Below are positions 39,480-50,960 of a DNA stretch of 64,000 bases, piece by piece. The stretch spans positions 96,001 through 160,000 of the forward strand of contig CAVVOP010000019.1 of NCBI GenBank assembly GCA_963749915.1, written 5' to 3'. Origin of the DNA: an uncultured cyanobacterium (GTDB lineage: Bacteria > Cyanobacteriota > Cyanobacteriia > Cyanobacteriales > Cyanobacteriaceae). The position numbers and the translations under genes are program-made. Position 1 is the first letter of the stretch. Each line of letters starts with the position of its first letter. The notes under the pieces are model-generated. The model made no database searches. It saw only the letters and a list, made by a program, of their open reading frames with translations, and was not told the origin of the DNA.

Positions 39480-42155
39480 TTAAAAATTTATCATACTCAC
39501 ACTGGAAGAACCATAAATATCCACTTCTAATAAATCCAAACCTTCTTGAAAAATTTGGTCAATGGGTAACATCTTATAGTCTTTTGTCATCATTTTATGG
39601 TCTTTTGTTGCCCGAATAATTCTCCTGTCTTCTAATTCATACTCGAAAACTTCTTGCCTTCCTCGGTTATGCCTTTGAGCAATATATTGAGTATAAATGA
39701 AGCCATTTTTATCCATACTATAAACTTGACAATTAAGATTCTCTTCAACAATTTTACCAATAGGAATTACCCCATATTCCACACTTAAAAGTTTCGTATC
39801 AGCACTTAAACAATATTCAGCAAATTGAACCATTTGTTTAAATAAATTTTCGGCAATTTCTTTTTTCACCCCGTTTTTCATCGAACCATCTATAAAAATT
39901 TCTCGGTGTTTTTCCATTTCTGAGGCTTTTTTCTTACCCATGGCACGGCGTAACAAATCCGCTTCCCCTAAAGAATAACCGGCTAAATCTTGAGCCATTT
40001 TCATGATCTGCTCCTGATACACAAGTACTGCGTAAGTTTCCTTTAAAATTGGTTCAAGGAGAGGATGATCATATTTTATTGGTTCTCTACCATGCTTACG
40101 ATCGATAAAAATGGGAATTAAACCAGCATCGAGAGGACCAGGGCGATATAGAGCTAAAATAGAAGAAATGTCTTCAATTCCCGACGGTTTTAAGTCTTTT
40201 ACAATTTGTTTCATGCCGTCAGACTCTAGCTGAAAAATTCCTTCTAAATCCCCCCTTTCTAATAATGTATGAGTTCGCACTACATCAAATGGTAATTTTT
40301 TACTTGTACCTTTGGCAAGGATTTCTAAGGCTTTTCGTTCCCCCAAGGGTAATTCATCAACATCTATTTCTATGTTTTGATTTTGCTTAATTAAGTCTGC
40401 AGTTTTTTGAATTGTCGTTAAATTTTTTAAGCCTAAAAAGTCCATTTTTAATAAACCCAAAGACTCTAAATCTTCCATAAAATATTGAGTAATAACTGCT
40501 CCTTCATTATTTTTTTGTAATGGTACAATTTCATCTAAAGGATCACTAGAAATTACTACTCCCGCAGCATGAACCCCAAAGGTTTTATTTGTTCCTTCAA
40601 TTCTAATTGCCATGTCTAACCATCGCTGAACATGAGGCTTAGTTTCGTATTCTTCCTTAAATTCTGGGGCAGGAGTTTTCTCAGAAATCATCACCTTCAA
40701 TTTAGTAGGTTTTCCCCTCGAAACGGGAATTAACTTTGCCATATGATCTGCTTCTGAGTAAGGAATACCAAGCACTCTAGCGACATCTTTTAATACTGCT
40801 TTTGATGTCATGCGGTTAAAAGTAATAATTTGTGCAACCTTAGATTCACCATATTTAGTAGTTACATACTTGATCATTTGCTCCCTTTTATCTATGCAAA
40901 AATCTGTATCAATATCGGGCATCGATTTACGTTCAGGATTTAAAAATCTTTCAAATAATAAACCATGATGAACAGGATCAATATTCGTAATTCCTAAAGC
41001 ATAAGCCACTAAAGATCCCGCCGCCGAACCACGCCCTGGTCCCACAGGAATATGATTGTCTCTGGCATGTTTAATATAGTCCCAAACCACTAAAAAATAG
41101 GTAGAAAAACCCATCTTTTCCATCATCTTTAATTCATACTCTAAGCGCTCTCGATATTCGGGAGAAATGTCACTGCGTTGATAACATTTTAATCTTTTTA
41201 ATAATCCTGTCCATGTGACTTCTTCTAAAAAACTTTCAGCAGTGTGTCCGGGCGGTACTTCATAATTAGGAATACGGGGTTCTCCTAATACATTATAAGG
41301 CTTAATTTTATCGGCTATTTCTAAAGTAGTTTCTAGGGCTTTTTCAACTATTTTACTATCAAGATGATCTCTAAATAATAACTTCATTTCTGCTTCCGAT
41401 TTCAAGTATTCTGTCCCAGAATAACGAAGTCTTTTTAACTCCTCAATATTCTTATTTGTTTGAATACATAAAAGTGCATCATGAGCCTCTACATCGTTAC
41501 AGGAAATAAAATGAGAATCATTTGTTACAACAATTTTTATGGCTAATTTTTCGCTGATTTTGACAATTTCTGTATTGACTATTCGATCTTCTTGTGAACC
41601 ATGATCCTGAATCTCTAAATAAAAATCACCATCAAAAACCTCTTTATACCACTTAGCAACTTCCCTGGCTTTTTTATAATCTCCTTGTAGAATTGCTTGG
41701 GGAATTTCTCCGCCTAAACAGGCACTTGTTACTATTAAACCTTCCCGATATTCTTTTAGTAAATCTTTGTTAATACAAGGTCTGCCAAAAGGACCTTTTC
41801 CTTGCATTCCTTGTAGGTGAGAAATAGTGGTTAATTTAACTAAATTTTGATAACCTTTTTTATCTTTTGCTAAAACAATTTGATGATATTTTTTAATTCT
41901 TTTATGTTGTTGTGTTATATCAGCGTTAATAACATACATTTCGTTACCGATAATGGGTTTAATGCCTTTATTCATACAGTTTTTAAGCAATTGTATTGCA
42001 CCATACATTACTCCATGATCCGTAACGGCGATCGCAGGCATATTTAATTGCGTAGCACGTTCAACTAGGGCAGGAATTTGAGAAGCACCATCGAGAAGAC
42101 TATAATCAGTATGGATGTGTAAACCAACAAAAGACATTAGCTGAACATTCGCCAT
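39480..42155 (-). CDS. dnaE: DNA polymerase III alpha, N-terminal part, with split N-intein
   Basis: [19 protein letters not shown] and PDIDTD motifs; AEY/CLSADT splice junction. Confidence 0.97.
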   Translation of the reverse strand: MANVQLMSFVGLHIHTDYSLLDGASQIPALVERATQLNMPAIAVTDHGVMYGAIQLLKNCMNKGIKPIIGNEMYVINADITQQHKRIKKYHQIVLAKDKKGYQNLVKLTTISHLQGMQGKGPFGRPCINKDLLKEYREGLIVTSACLGGEIPQAILQGDYKKAREVAKWYKEVFDGDFYLEIQDHGSQEDRIVNTEIVKISEKLAIKIVVTNDSHFISCNDVEAHDALLCIQTNKNIEELKRLRYSGTEYLKSEAEMKLLFRDHLDSKIVEKALETTLEIADKIKPYNVLGEPRIPNYEVPPGHTAESFLEEVTWTGLLKRLKCYQRSDISPEYRERLEYELKMMEKMGFSTYFLVVWDYIKHARDNHIPVGPGRGSAAGSLVAYALGITNIDPVHHGLLFERFLNPERKSMPDIDTDFCIDKREQMIKYVTTKYGESKVAQIITFNRMTSKAVLKDVARVLGIPYSEADHMAKLIPVSRGKPTKLKVMISEKTPAPEFKEEYETKPHVQRWLDMAIRIEGTNKTFGVHAAGVVISSDPLDEIVPLQKNNEGAVITQYFMEDLESLGLLKMDFLGLKNLTTIQKTADLIKQNQNIEIDVDELPLGERKALEILAKGTSKKLPFDVVRTHTLLERGDLEGIFQLESDGMKQIVKDLKPSGIEDISSILALYRPGPLDAGLIPIFIDRKHGREPIKYDHPLLEPILKETYAVLVYQEQIMKMAQDLAGYSLGEADLLRRAMGKKKASEMEKHREIFIDGSMKNGVKKEIAENLFKQMVQFAEYCLSADTKLLSVEYGVIPIGKIVEENLNCQVYSMDKNGFIYTQYIAQRHNRGRQEVFEYELEDRRIIRATKDHKMMTKDYKMLPIDQIFQEGLDLLEVDIYGSSSVSMINF
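39483..39812 (-). other. Split DnaE N-intein (110 aa)
   Basis: CLS..T...VEYG...IG.IV (block A) and ATKDHK (block B). Confidence 0.92.
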
Positions 42156-42164
42156 TGAAAACTA

Positions 42165-42425
42165 CTAATCTATCTTACTCAGATCTTGAGTTTTTTTGAC
42201 GGGCATTGTTTCTTCTTCCGCCGAATCTTCCTCATTTTTCGTGTCAGTATCTTGGTTGAGGTTTTCATCCCAGTCGGAATCATAGCGATTCCAGGGCAAA
42301 ATCGGCTTATTCGGTAAATGATCCGTTAAAACTGTGATATTATCCAGATCAGGATCAGGCAATTTTATTTTGGGTTCATCGGAATCATGGTCCGAACTAT
42401 GATTACAATGAGAGTCGTTATTCAT
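42165..42425 (-). CDS. Small acidic hypothetical protein
   Basis: GGAG RBS; LPNKPILPWN core. Confidence 0.55.
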   Translation of the reverse strand: MNNDSHCNHSSDHDSDEPKIKLPDPDLDNITVLTDHLPNKPILPWNRYDSDWDENLNQDTDTKNEEDSAEEETMPVKKTQDLSKID

Positions 42426-42572
42426 GGCATCTCCTCGATAATTTGCTAAAAATTTCCCTTATTTTCCCGTTAATTCTATTTTACTTAAATCTTGCACTCC
42501 TATTAAAATTTGACTGGTCTGGGTAGGGAATAGAAAGTAGCCAATGGTTGATGGTTTTTTGTTTCCCTTAGA

Positions 42573-43127
42573 TTATTTAAGGGTAAAAGCAGGGACAAAA
42601 TATGTCACCAAAATATGAACCATAATAGAAATACCAATAGTTAAAGTAGTGTAAGCTGAATAGATTAAAGATTGAGAAATATCGTCAATTCTAATTTTAT
42701 TTGCCTTATAAATTTCCACAAAATTAGCCATCATTTGTAATTGATATTCTTCGGGAGATAAAGCCAAATAACGTTCTAAAAATTTGTTATCTTCTAAATT
42801 AGGACTAATAATTACTTGACGGGGTAAAAAAGCATTAATTAACAAAATAAAATTAATTAAAAATCCTAACACTTCTATTAAACTAAAAACACTAGGAATA
42901 TAAATTAAGCGAGAAATACTTAAACTGGTTAATAATGCTCCATTAACCACAAAAAGGATATTTAATTTAGTAGTTAAAGTATTGGCTTGATCCTGTTGTT
43001 GTTGCGAAACTGCTCGAACATCTTGAGATGCTAAATTTAAAGTAGTTTGACTTAAAGATTCATCTAAAGAGGGCATTTTTACATGGTCATTAACGGGAGA
43101 ATTAAGAGGAACAAAGGCTGTCACCAT
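42573..43127 (-). CDS. Hypothetical membrane protein
   Basis: Three hydrophobic segments. Confidence 0.7.
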   Translation of the reverse strand: MVTAFVPLNSPVNDHVKMPSLDESLSQTTLNLASQDVRAVSQQQQDQANTLTTKLNILFVVNGALLTSLSISRLIYIPSVFSLIEVLGFLINFILLINAFLPRQVIISPNLEDNKFLERYLALSPEEYQLQMMANFVEIYKANKIRIDDISQSLIYSAYTTLTIGISIMVHILVTYFVPAFTLK

Positions 43128-43369
43128 AGTTAATTAATAACGAGTAATTGATGATAAATAATAGAATATCAAAATTTGAACATTGGCGATCGCTCTCTAG
43201 GGGCACTTTCGCTGACCAAGAAGTGGCACTGCACGACCGCCTTAAACACCTTGCCCTATAAGCGATGAGCTCTATTTAGAAAAGTTAAGCTCTCAACCAT
43301 TTACATTATAACTCACTTTCTGCACTTCCCTGATAACACTGCCAAAAATCAAAAATGGAAATGCCCTGT

Positions 43370-43500
43370 CTGTAGGGAACTTTTTAGAATGTTCAAAAAT
43401 TTGCATCGCTGTCTCAAATGCCAATTGATAAATGGCTAAATCCTCATGAGTTCTAAAATACTTTTTCCCTTTTTCTTTTTCTCCCATCTTCTTTAATTCC
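43370..43500 (-). pseudogene. Truncated four helix bundle protein
   Basis: FRTHEDLAIYQLAFETAMQIFEHSKKFP, then broken. Confidence 0.7.
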
Positions 43501-43559
43501 CACCGCTCTCTACTCCTGACTCCTAAATCTTTATACTTCCCACCTAAAATTTCGTTCAC

Positions 43560-43880
43560 CCTTTTCCCATTGCCAAGCTGGTGGTGATGTTTTCCTTGAC
43601 GACCGCCCCTGCGATTGGGGTGAGAATTGCTGCCTTGAATACTTCAGAAATCACCTTAGCTCTTAGTTGGTATAGGACCCTGAAGCCTGAAGACATAGCC
43701 TTAGCCGACCGAGCTTACGGCAGTTATGTAGACTTGGATGGCGAACCAAATCGGTCACGGTGGTGACCACCTTAGTTGACCCGAAGGCCTATGCCAAAGC
43801 CAAACTAGCCAAACTCTATGGGCTGAGGTGGCAAGCGGAAATAAATCTCGACCATATCAAGACCACTTTGAGGACATTGG
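43560..43880 (+). pseudogene. IS4 family transposase fragments
   Basis: LADRAYGSY and YGLRWQAEINLDHIKTTL motifs, with deletions. Confidence 0.75.
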
Positions 43881-44590
43881 CTAGAAGTTAAGGCGAAAAG
43901 CACGGTAGTTAACCCCCGTCGAAATATTAATTAGTGTAATTGTTAACTATCGTAAATATTTTTAATGATCTTGAGAAAGTAAGAAAACCGTAACTATTCT
44001 GATTAAAGGTCTAAAAAATATAGAGAAAACTCTTAAATTATCAATGCTTATGCGGTTATCCTCATTGCTGATTAACCTCAGACAAAGATAGAGTTTTAAT
44101 TAGAAAGTTAATAAAACTTAACTAAAAACTTAACAAAAGTTTGTAAAGGAGGATTTATGCTCAGCCTGTTGACTTTACTAATGTATATCTGGGGGATAGG
44201 GATACTTCTCAACCGGTTCAGCCAACCCAAACCATCTAAATAACTAAAATATTCCGTTCTTTTATCCCAAGGCCAAAAACAGAACATCATCAGTCAAAAC
44301 AATTCGCGCATTATTAATTAAAAATTCTGGCATTACCAAGCGCCGCTCTGTCTAAGTAGGGGCGTTGGATGCAACTTTTCTACATCAGAAAGATTCTTTT
44401 TTGGCTTTTTCTCCTGTCTTTCAGAGTCCTGAATCTTTAATTTAAACAATTATTCAATTAAGTTTTATTCCCCAAATTTTGACGAGTGGATTTTGAATTC
44501 AAAAATTGGTCCATCTCAAATCGACAATTTGCCATCGATAATGCCTTGACAACATTTCCGAAAAATTAAACAAAAAGAAAAAATTGTCCT

Positions 44591-45280
44591 ATGTTTGAAC
44601 GTTTTACAGATAAATCAATTCAAGTAATCCTCCTAGCTCAAGAAGAATCCCGCCGTCTGGGACAAAAGTTTGTTGGTTCAGAACAAATACTGGTGGGATT
44701 GATTGCAGAAGATACCAGTGTTGCTGCTTCAGTTTTGAAAGAATTAGGTATCACTAAGCGATCGCGAGTAGGATTAAGAAATACCAACAGACCTATTGCC
44801 AGCTTTATCTTCTGCGGTCCTACGGGAGTAGGTAAAACCGAATTAACCAAAGCTTTAGCCGCTACTGTATTTGGTTCCGAAGAAGCAATGATTAGGCTTG
44901 ATATGTCTGAGTATATGGAACCTCAGTCAGTGTCGAAACTGATTGGCTCACCTCCAGGATATGTAGGCTATGGGGAAGGAGGTCAACTGACAGAGGCAGT
45001 TCGTCGTCGTCCATATACGGTAGTCTTGTTTGGTGAAAGAGAAATTAAGATTTCTCTGACGGAAAGCTTTAAAGAGCGACTGATTAGAGAGGGTTATGAC
45101 CCCAGTTACGGTGCTCGCCCCATGAGAAGAGCTATTTCCCGATTAGTGGAAGACTATCTAGCTGAGGCCATTTTAGCTGGTGACATTGGCGAAGGAGATA
45201 CGGCAGTGATTGATCTTGACGAAGATGGTCGAGTACAAGTCAAACAGAAGAACTCTCGTGTCTTAGTAAGTTCAGTCTAG
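44591..45280 (+). pseudogene. clpC: ClpC-like gene with two large in-frame deletions
   Basis: MFERFT N-domain joined to NBD2 ([20 protein letters not shown]), joined to the C-terminal GARPMRR; Walker B missing. Confidence 0.85.
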
Positions 45281-45353
45281 CGGTCTGATAACTCTGAAAT
45301 TAATTCACCTGAATTGACGTAAACCTAAACCTTGATTAAAGATAATTAAAACA

Positions 45354-45905
45354 ATGATAAGCACTTTTTCTCCCTTCGTTTCCAAGATACTTAAGCCCAA
45401 CTATCAAGCAAATTTTTGGTCACAGACTACCTGGGCAATTTTGCGAGCCGTGGTGGGACTGATGATGATCCACAATGGCTTAGATAAACTAGGCAATATT
45501 GAAAGCTTTGCTGAAGCTTACGTTGCCTACATAGGCTTGCCTTTTCCCATTTTCTTTAGCTACATTGCTGCATTCACGGAGTTAATTGGAGCCCCTCTAC
45601 TCATAATGGGTTTGCTAACTCGACCTGCCGCTTTAGGTCTTTTTGCTACCATGTGTGTGGCTATGTACCATCACATTCTCGTTGCTGGTTTAAGCATTCC
45701 TTACTTAGAACTGTCAGCTATTTATGCTTCCTGCTTCCTGTTCTTTTTGATTAATGGTTCTGGCTTATTTTCTTTTGATGCTTTAATCGTTAATTGGCTT
45801 AATAGTAATGCTTTAAGTCAAAAAGCCAAACAAATTATGGGTTTAGAAAGAGCCTATCAAACAGTAAGTAAAGAAGAAGCCGTTTCTTCTCAAAATAATC
45901 AATAA
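45354..45905 (+). CDS. DoxX family membrane protein
   Basis: LRAVVG..HNGLDKL, E.IG and GSGLFSFD motifs. Confidence 0.88.
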   Translation: MISTFSPFVSKILKPNYQANFWSQTTWAILRAVVGLMMIHNGLDKLGNIESFAEAYVAYIGLPFPIFFSYIAAFTELIGAPLLIMGLLTRPAALGLFATMCVAMYHHILVAGLSIPYLELSAIYASCFLFFLINGSGLFSFDALIVNWLNSNALSQKAKQIMGLERAYQTVSKEEAVSSQNNQ

Positions 45906-45918
45906 GGAAAATAAACTG

Positions 45919-47334
45919 ATGAAGGCGAAACTGACACAGGGAAATGTGGCACTGGGGCTGATTAAGTTAACTGTGCCCATGATTTGGGGAGTCTTTGCTG
46001 TTATTGGCTTCAGCCTGGCTGATACCTACTTTGTGGCTCAACTGGGTACCAAAGAGCTGGCGGCCATGAGTTTTACTTTCCCAGTAGTTACGGTTCTCGG
46101 CAGCATAGCTATGGGTTTGGGAACCGGAACTGCTTCCATCATCGGTCGTGCCGTTGGAGAAGAAGATCGCCATCGAGCGCAAAGGTTGACTACCGATAGC
46201 CTTGTGCTGTCTCTAGTAATTGTCGGGATATTTGCTATTTTAGGCTTAACAACTATAGAACCTCTATTTAGAGTTTTAGGAGCAGAAGGTGAAGTTCTTG
46301 CTCTAGTACAAAACTATATGACCATTTGGTACTGGGGAATAGTCTGTTTAGTCGTACCTCTGATTGGTAATAGTGCCATTCGTGCTTTGGGAAATACTGT
46401 TGTTCCCAGCCTAATTATGACCATAGCTGCGGCCGTTAATGTAGGACTAGATCCAGTTTTGATTTTCGGGTGGGGACCATTTCCCCCCATGGGGATTGAG
46501 GGTGCAGCCTTGGCTACAGTGATTTCACGAGCTACAACTCTGGTAGCTTCTCTTGCCTTTCTCCACTATCGCGAACGGCTTTTACTGTTCTCTTTTCCCA
46601 GCCTGAAAATACTGAGAAGCAACTGGACAAGTATTCTTTCTGTGGGCATCCCCGCTGCTGCTACCAGCGTAATTTCTCCCCTTTCTGTCGGCTTGGTTAT
46701 CAGCTTAATAGCTCGTTACGGTTCAGAAGCGATCGCCGGTTTTGGATTGGCTTCGCGGGTAGAAGCTATGGCTTTGATTGTACCCCTGGCCCTCTCAGCT
46801 AGTATCGGACCATTTGTTGGTCAGAACTGGGGTGCTCAAGAGTATAGTCGAGTTCATAAGGCACTTCGTTGGAGCTTATTATTCTGCTTAGGTTGGGGGT
46901 TAATGGTTGCTATTCTTCTGGGAATAGAGGCTCCAGCAATCGCATCTTGGTTTGATAATGATCTAGAAGTAGTCAATAGTGCTGCCACTTATCTGACAAT
47001 TGTGCCCCTCAGTTACGGAGCTTTAGCGATGGTCTTCGTCTTCAGTTCTGCCTTTAATGCTCTGGGAAAACCATTGCCGTCTGTGGTCATGGCTATCATT
47101 CGTTTGTTGGTCCTTTACCTGCCCCTAGCCTATCTCGGCAGCCAACTATTTGACTTGCCTGGCATTTTTGGGGCAGCTTGTCTGTCCAATGTATTAGTCG
47201 GTCTGGGTACATTTCTCTGGTATCGCCGTTCTCAAGACTTTAGAGCTGAGGTAAAGCTAGAGCAATCTTTGCCCTCCCAAGAACTTGGTTGGGAGGAAAA
47301 ATCTCCAGAGTGTCAACTTTCTCAAACCCCTTAA
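45919..47334 (+). CDS. MATE family efflux transporter
   Basis: DTYFVAQLG, LDPVLIFG, GIEGAALAT and GQNWGA motifs. Confidence 0.92.
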   Translation: MKAKLTQGNVALGLIKLTVPMIWGVFAVIGFSLADTYFVAQLGTKELAAMSFTFPVVTVLGSIAMGLGTGTASIIGRAVGEEDRHRAQRLTTDSLVLSLVIVGIFAILGLTTIEPLFRVLGAEGEVLALVQNYMTIWYWGIVCLVVPLIGNSAIRALGNTVVPSLIMTIAAAVNVGLDPVLIFGWGPFPPMGIEGAALATVISRATTLVASLAFLHYRERLLLFSFPSLKILRSNWTSILSVGIPAAATSVISPLSVGLVISLIARYGSEAIAGFGLASRVEAMALIVPLALSASIGPFVGQNWGAQEYSRVHKALRWSLLFCLGWGLMVAILLGIEAPAIASWFDNDLEVVNSAATYLTIVPLSYGALAMVFVFSSAFNALGKPLPSVVMAIIRLLVLYLPLAYLGSQLFDLPGIFGAACLSNVLVGLGTFLWYRRSQDFRAEVKLEQSLPSQELGWEEKSPECQLSQTP

Positions 47335-47482
47335 CCTATACATCTACGAAAGCAGCGTGAAACCAAGCTTCAATTTCTTGGGGGGAAACACCAGAATGAA
47401 ACCCCAGTTGACGTTGGGACAGGGCGAGAAACTCCATTGAAAAATGTTACATAATATAAAGATATCATTCGAGAGGGAAATC

Positions 47483-48433
47483 ATGCAAACCGTTAGACTT
47501 GGCCACCGTGGACCTAGGGTTAGTGCTTTAGGGATGGGGACTTGGGCTTGGGGAGATACGCTTTTTTGGGCTTATGGCAAATCTTTTGGAGAGTCGGAGG
47601 TAGCAGCAGCATTTCAGGCATCCCTGGCAGCAGGGATTACCTTTTTTGATACGGCGGAAATCTATGGTTTTGGGGAGTCGGAACGGCTACTCGGCCAGTT
47701 TTCTCAGCAAACTCAGCAGCCGGTTCAAATTGCGACCAAGTATTTTCCCTTGCCCTGGCGCTGGAATCGAGGCGCGATCGCCGATGCTTTAACTGCCAGT
47801 TTAGACCGCCTGCAAATGTCACAAATTTGCCTGTATCAAATCCATTGGCCCTTAGAATTCTTGCTCAAAACCCAAGACTTTATGGAAGTGTTAGCGGCGG
47901 AAGTTAAACAGGGACGCATCCAAGCCGTAGGAGTCAGTAACTATGGGGCGAAACAAATGACCCTAGCCCATGAGTATCTGGCGGAAAAAGGCATTCCTCT
48001 AGCGACCAACCAAGTCCCCTATTCCTTATTAAACAAACAAATTGAGAGCAACGGCATTCTCGACCAAGCTCGTCAACTGAACGTAACCATTCTTGCCTAT
48101 AGTCCCCTAGCGCAAGGGTTACTCACGGGCAAATATACCCCCGAAACCCTCACCCACTTGCAAGGCGCGCGCCGCCTCGATCCCCGCTTCAGCCCCCAAG
48201 GGCTGAAAAAACTGGCTCCTCTATTTTCTGCTCTCCAGCGAATTGGCGAAAAATATGATAGAACCCCGGCTCAGGTAGCTTTAAATTGGTTGATCGCCCA
48301 GGGAAATGTCATCCCCATTCCGGGAGCAAAGAATGCGGATCAAGCCAAGCAAAATGCGGGAGCTTTGGGATGGTCGTTGAGTCCAGAAGAGGTGGAAAGA
48401 TTGGGAGCAATAAGCCTAAGTGCTACAGATTAA
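47483..48433 (+). CDS. Aldo/keto reductase
   Basis: FDTAEIYG, IATK, YQIHWP, GVSNY and IPGAK motifs. Confidence 0.93.
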   Translation: MQTVRLGHRGPRVSALGMGTWAWGDTLFWAYGKSFGESEVAAAFQASLAAGITFFDTAEIYGFGESERLLGQFSQQTQQPVQIATKYFPLPWRWNRGAIADALTASLDRLQMSQICLYQIHWPLEFLLKTQDFMEVLAAEVKQGRIQAVGVSNYGAKQMTLAHEYLAEKGIPLATNQVPYSLLNKQIESNGILDQARQLNVTILAYSPLAQGLLTGKYTPETLTHLQGARRLDPRFSPQGLKKLAPLFSALQRIGEKYDRTPAQVALNWLIAQGNVIPIPGAKNADQAKQNAGALGWSLSPEEVERLGAISLSATD

Positions 48434-48501
48434 CGAGAGATTTGCTAACATTTAAACTCCGAGCTGGTGACTACAGAGTTATCTATCAACAAAAGGGCGA
48501 A

Positions 48502-48855
48502 ATGAGAATTATCCTTTTAGGAAGTGCAGGTGCTGGTAAAAGTACAATGGCTCGGTGTCTAGTTCAGAATAAGAAAATACCTCGTCTCTCTTTGGACGAA
48601 ATTGCTTGGAGTGAAGGCACGGAACGCAAACCGTTCGATGAGAGCATTCGGGAATTAGAAGAGTTTCTGGGTAGAAATGAGCAGTGGATTATTGAGGGCT
48701 GTTATAGCGATCTGGTCGAGGTTGCTCTACCCCAGTGTACTGAACTGCATTTTCTTAATCCAGGTGTCGAAGTGTGTGTTGAGCATTGCAGGCGAAGGTC
48801 ATGGGAACCTGAAAAGTTCTCTTCCCAAGAAGAACAAAAGGCTGTGCTCGCAACG
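48502..48855 (+). pseudogene. Small P-loop kinase-like protein, C-terminally truncated
   Basis: GSAGAGKST, SLDEIAW and WIIEGCY motifs; runs into unrelated sequence. Confidence 0.7.
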
Positions 48856-48857
48856 CT

Positions 48858-49091
48858 TGGTGGCTGCAACGGGAGTCCAAGCGGCTTATTGAGGAGGGAG
48901 TGGCGATCCGAGCCGTGGGCATCGGCGATCGCGCTTCGGGACAGCAATTCTGCGACTATACTCAATTACCGGCGGACTGGCTGTTTGTCGATCCAGGAGG
49001 AGAATTGCTCTACGAACACCAAGATCGCGGAATTTTGGGCTTTGCTGCTGATATGAGTCGCCCCCTGTCATTCCTTTTTAATTTGGCTTAG
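48858..49091 (+). pseudogene. Peroxiredoxin-like (AhpC/TSA_2) gene remnant with internal deletion
   Basis: IRAVGIGDRASGQQFCDYT..DWLFVDP joined directly to GELLYEHQDRGILGFAADMSRPLSFL. Confidence 0.6.
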
Positions 49092-49120
49092 AAAATATAA
49101 GATATTTCTTCAGTAGTATT

Positions 49121-49627
49121 ATGGACAATAAACATCAAAAAAACCGCATTGAACCTAAACTTGGTCAAGAGTCTGTTTGGGATTATCCACGTCCCCCTCG
49201 CCTTGAACTCTCAGGAAAACACATCCAAATTATCTTTAATAATGTCATTATCGCTGATACTAATAAAGCCTATCGGGTGTTAGAAACCAGTCATCCTCCT
49301 GTTTATTATCTACCCCCCCAAGATGTAAAACTTGAATATCTTCAATCTACCTCTCAACAATCTTTTTGTGAGTGGAAAGGATGGGCTAAATATTACAGCC
49401 TTATTGTTGGGGATAAAGAGGCGATTAATGTAGCTTGGTCTTATCCTGAGCCTACTTCGAGTTTTGCTGCCATAAAAGATTATATTGCCTTTTATGCCGG
49501 ACCAATGGATGCTTGTTATGTCAATGGAGAAAAAGTTATTCCCCAACCCGGCGGTTTTTATGGTGGATGGATTACTTCTGATGTTGTCGGTCCTTTTAAG
49601 GGAGAAAAGGGAACTTGGGGCTGGTAA
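49121..49627 (+). CDS. DUF427 domain protein
   Basis: ESVWDYPRPP, ETSHPPVYY, CEWKG and GFYGGWIT motifs. Confidence 0.9.
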   Translation: MDNKHQKNRIEPKLGQESVWDYPRPPRLELSGKHIQIIFNNVIIADTNKAYRVLETSHPPVYYLPPQDVKLEYLQSTSQQSFCEWKGWAKYYSLIVGDKEAINVAWSYPEPTSSFAAIKDYIAFYAGPMDACYVNGEKVIPQPGGFYGGWITSDVVGPFKGEKGTWGW

Positions 49628-49703
49628 TACCAATTTAAAATATTCGTCACTCTCTCTAGTTTCCGCTAAATGAGAGCAAGAAGTTAACAAAAGTGCGATT
49701 ACC

Positions 49704-50768
49704 TCAATTTTCCGGTATTATTCTGTGTCCATTCCTAAGCCAGGTATCGATGATCTGCTGTGCGGGAATTACCATTTTTTGAAAAGCACCTTCAATCATC
49801 ATTACATCAACTGTGTCATAGGCCCTGCGGTCTACAGTGTTAATTGCCCCACACATTCCTAAGGCTGCAAACCCATCTCCCGGGAATTCGGAGACGATTC
49901 CATGTTCAATATTTCTCGCCACAATAAGGATGTGCTCCCTCAACATGACTAGGTTGAATGGAATGCTTTCGTGCTGGAGCCAATCAATATAGGCAAACAT
50001 CTCGTTAATTGGTGTATTAGGTGTAAACACAAGGGCCTGAACTGGATAGTTATTAAGCAGATGATAACCTCTGTAGACAACGACGGGAGCAGCTTCAATC
50101 GGTAGAGGCTGTCGATGATAAACTGCTTGCAAATGGATATGATTGACCGATGCACCTGCGTGGAGAGAATTAAAAAAGAGAATCGTGTCAGCTAGCTGGT
50201 CAAAGAGTTCAACTGCATCCTCCAAAAATTCTGGTCGGAGCTTCTGGGGAATGTGGGGCAGCACAGTTGTAGCCGATGCAGATGCTGTTGGAACCCAGAG
50301 GAAGTGTCCTTCCTTTTCGAGGGGTGCAACGTTATAGTAAGCGTTCCAATCAAAATGCTTGAACTTGACTTGTAGTAGTGGTTCCCGTCGCAACAAGCTT
50401 AGTGGCTCAGTGATGTTTTGACAATGAAATCGACAGCTCTGCGGGTCAGCCGGAATATCTGGTTGGCGTCCCACGGGACGACCACTGGCTCCAGGTCTCA
50501 GGGCACGGTAGCTGTTGAATTTACAGAGGTAGCCTGTATTCCCCACCCGTTTCTGTTCAGTAACTCCCTGAATGTTGCGGGACTGGCTGAGATTTTGAGC
50601 ATAGTAGGCTAGCTCTCCGTCGAGGATCCGAATACCGTAGATGATTTGATCGCCTTTGACCCAGTTACCGGTCGGATCATCCTGAGTGGCTTTAAATAGG
50701 TTGACAACCTTGTCATCTAAGACAGCCTTTTTCCAGGCTTCATAGAGGCGAAAAGTAAGATTAGTCAT
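49704..50768 (-). CDS. HIT-like phosphorylase/nucleotidyltransferase (GDP-hexose phosphorylase-like)
   Basis: FFNSLHAGASVNHIHLQ (HxHxQ motif). Confidence 0.65.
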   Translation of the reverse strand: MTNLTFRLYEAWKKAVLDDKVVNLFKATQDDPTGNWVKGDQIIYGIRILDGELAYYAQNLSQSRNIQGVTEQKRVGNTGYLCKFNSYRALRPGASGRPVGRQPDIPADPQSCRFHCQNITEPLSLLRREPLLQVKFKHFDWNAYYNVAPLEKEGHFLWVPTASASATTVLPHIPQKLRPEFLEDAVELFDQLADTILFFNSLHAGASVNHIHLQAVYHRQPLPIEAAPVVVYRGYHLLNNYPVQALVFTPNTPINEMFAYIDWLQHESIPFNLVMLREHILIVARNIEHGIVSEFPGDGFAALGMCGAINTVDRRAYDTVDVMMIEGAFQKMVIPAQQIIDTWLRNGHRIIPEN

Positions 50769-50867
50769 TAGAATCTCTGTTGCAAATAGGAGCTAACGTG
50801 ATTTATATTCTTAACTAAAAATAAGTAGCACACTTTAAAAATACTAGTAAGATATTCTTCATGATAA

Positions 50868-50955
50868 CTGTAGTTTAGACTAAAAAAAATTTCCACGACA
50901 ATAATTCGGCTTATTAAAAATAGCTGAAATCAAAAATCTTAAACTCAAAATCAGG
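50868..50955. mobile_element. Solo end of the IS family seen at 5320-7161
   Basis: ctgtagtttagactaa plus downstream similarity to 5320-5410. Confidence 0.65.
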
Positions 50956-50960
50956 TGGTG

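Noticed and set aside
48286..49056. 256-aa ORF as a single protein
   Set aside because: Chance read-through of the AKR overlap, a RelE-like scrap, a kinase fragment and an out-of-frame AhpC-like remnant
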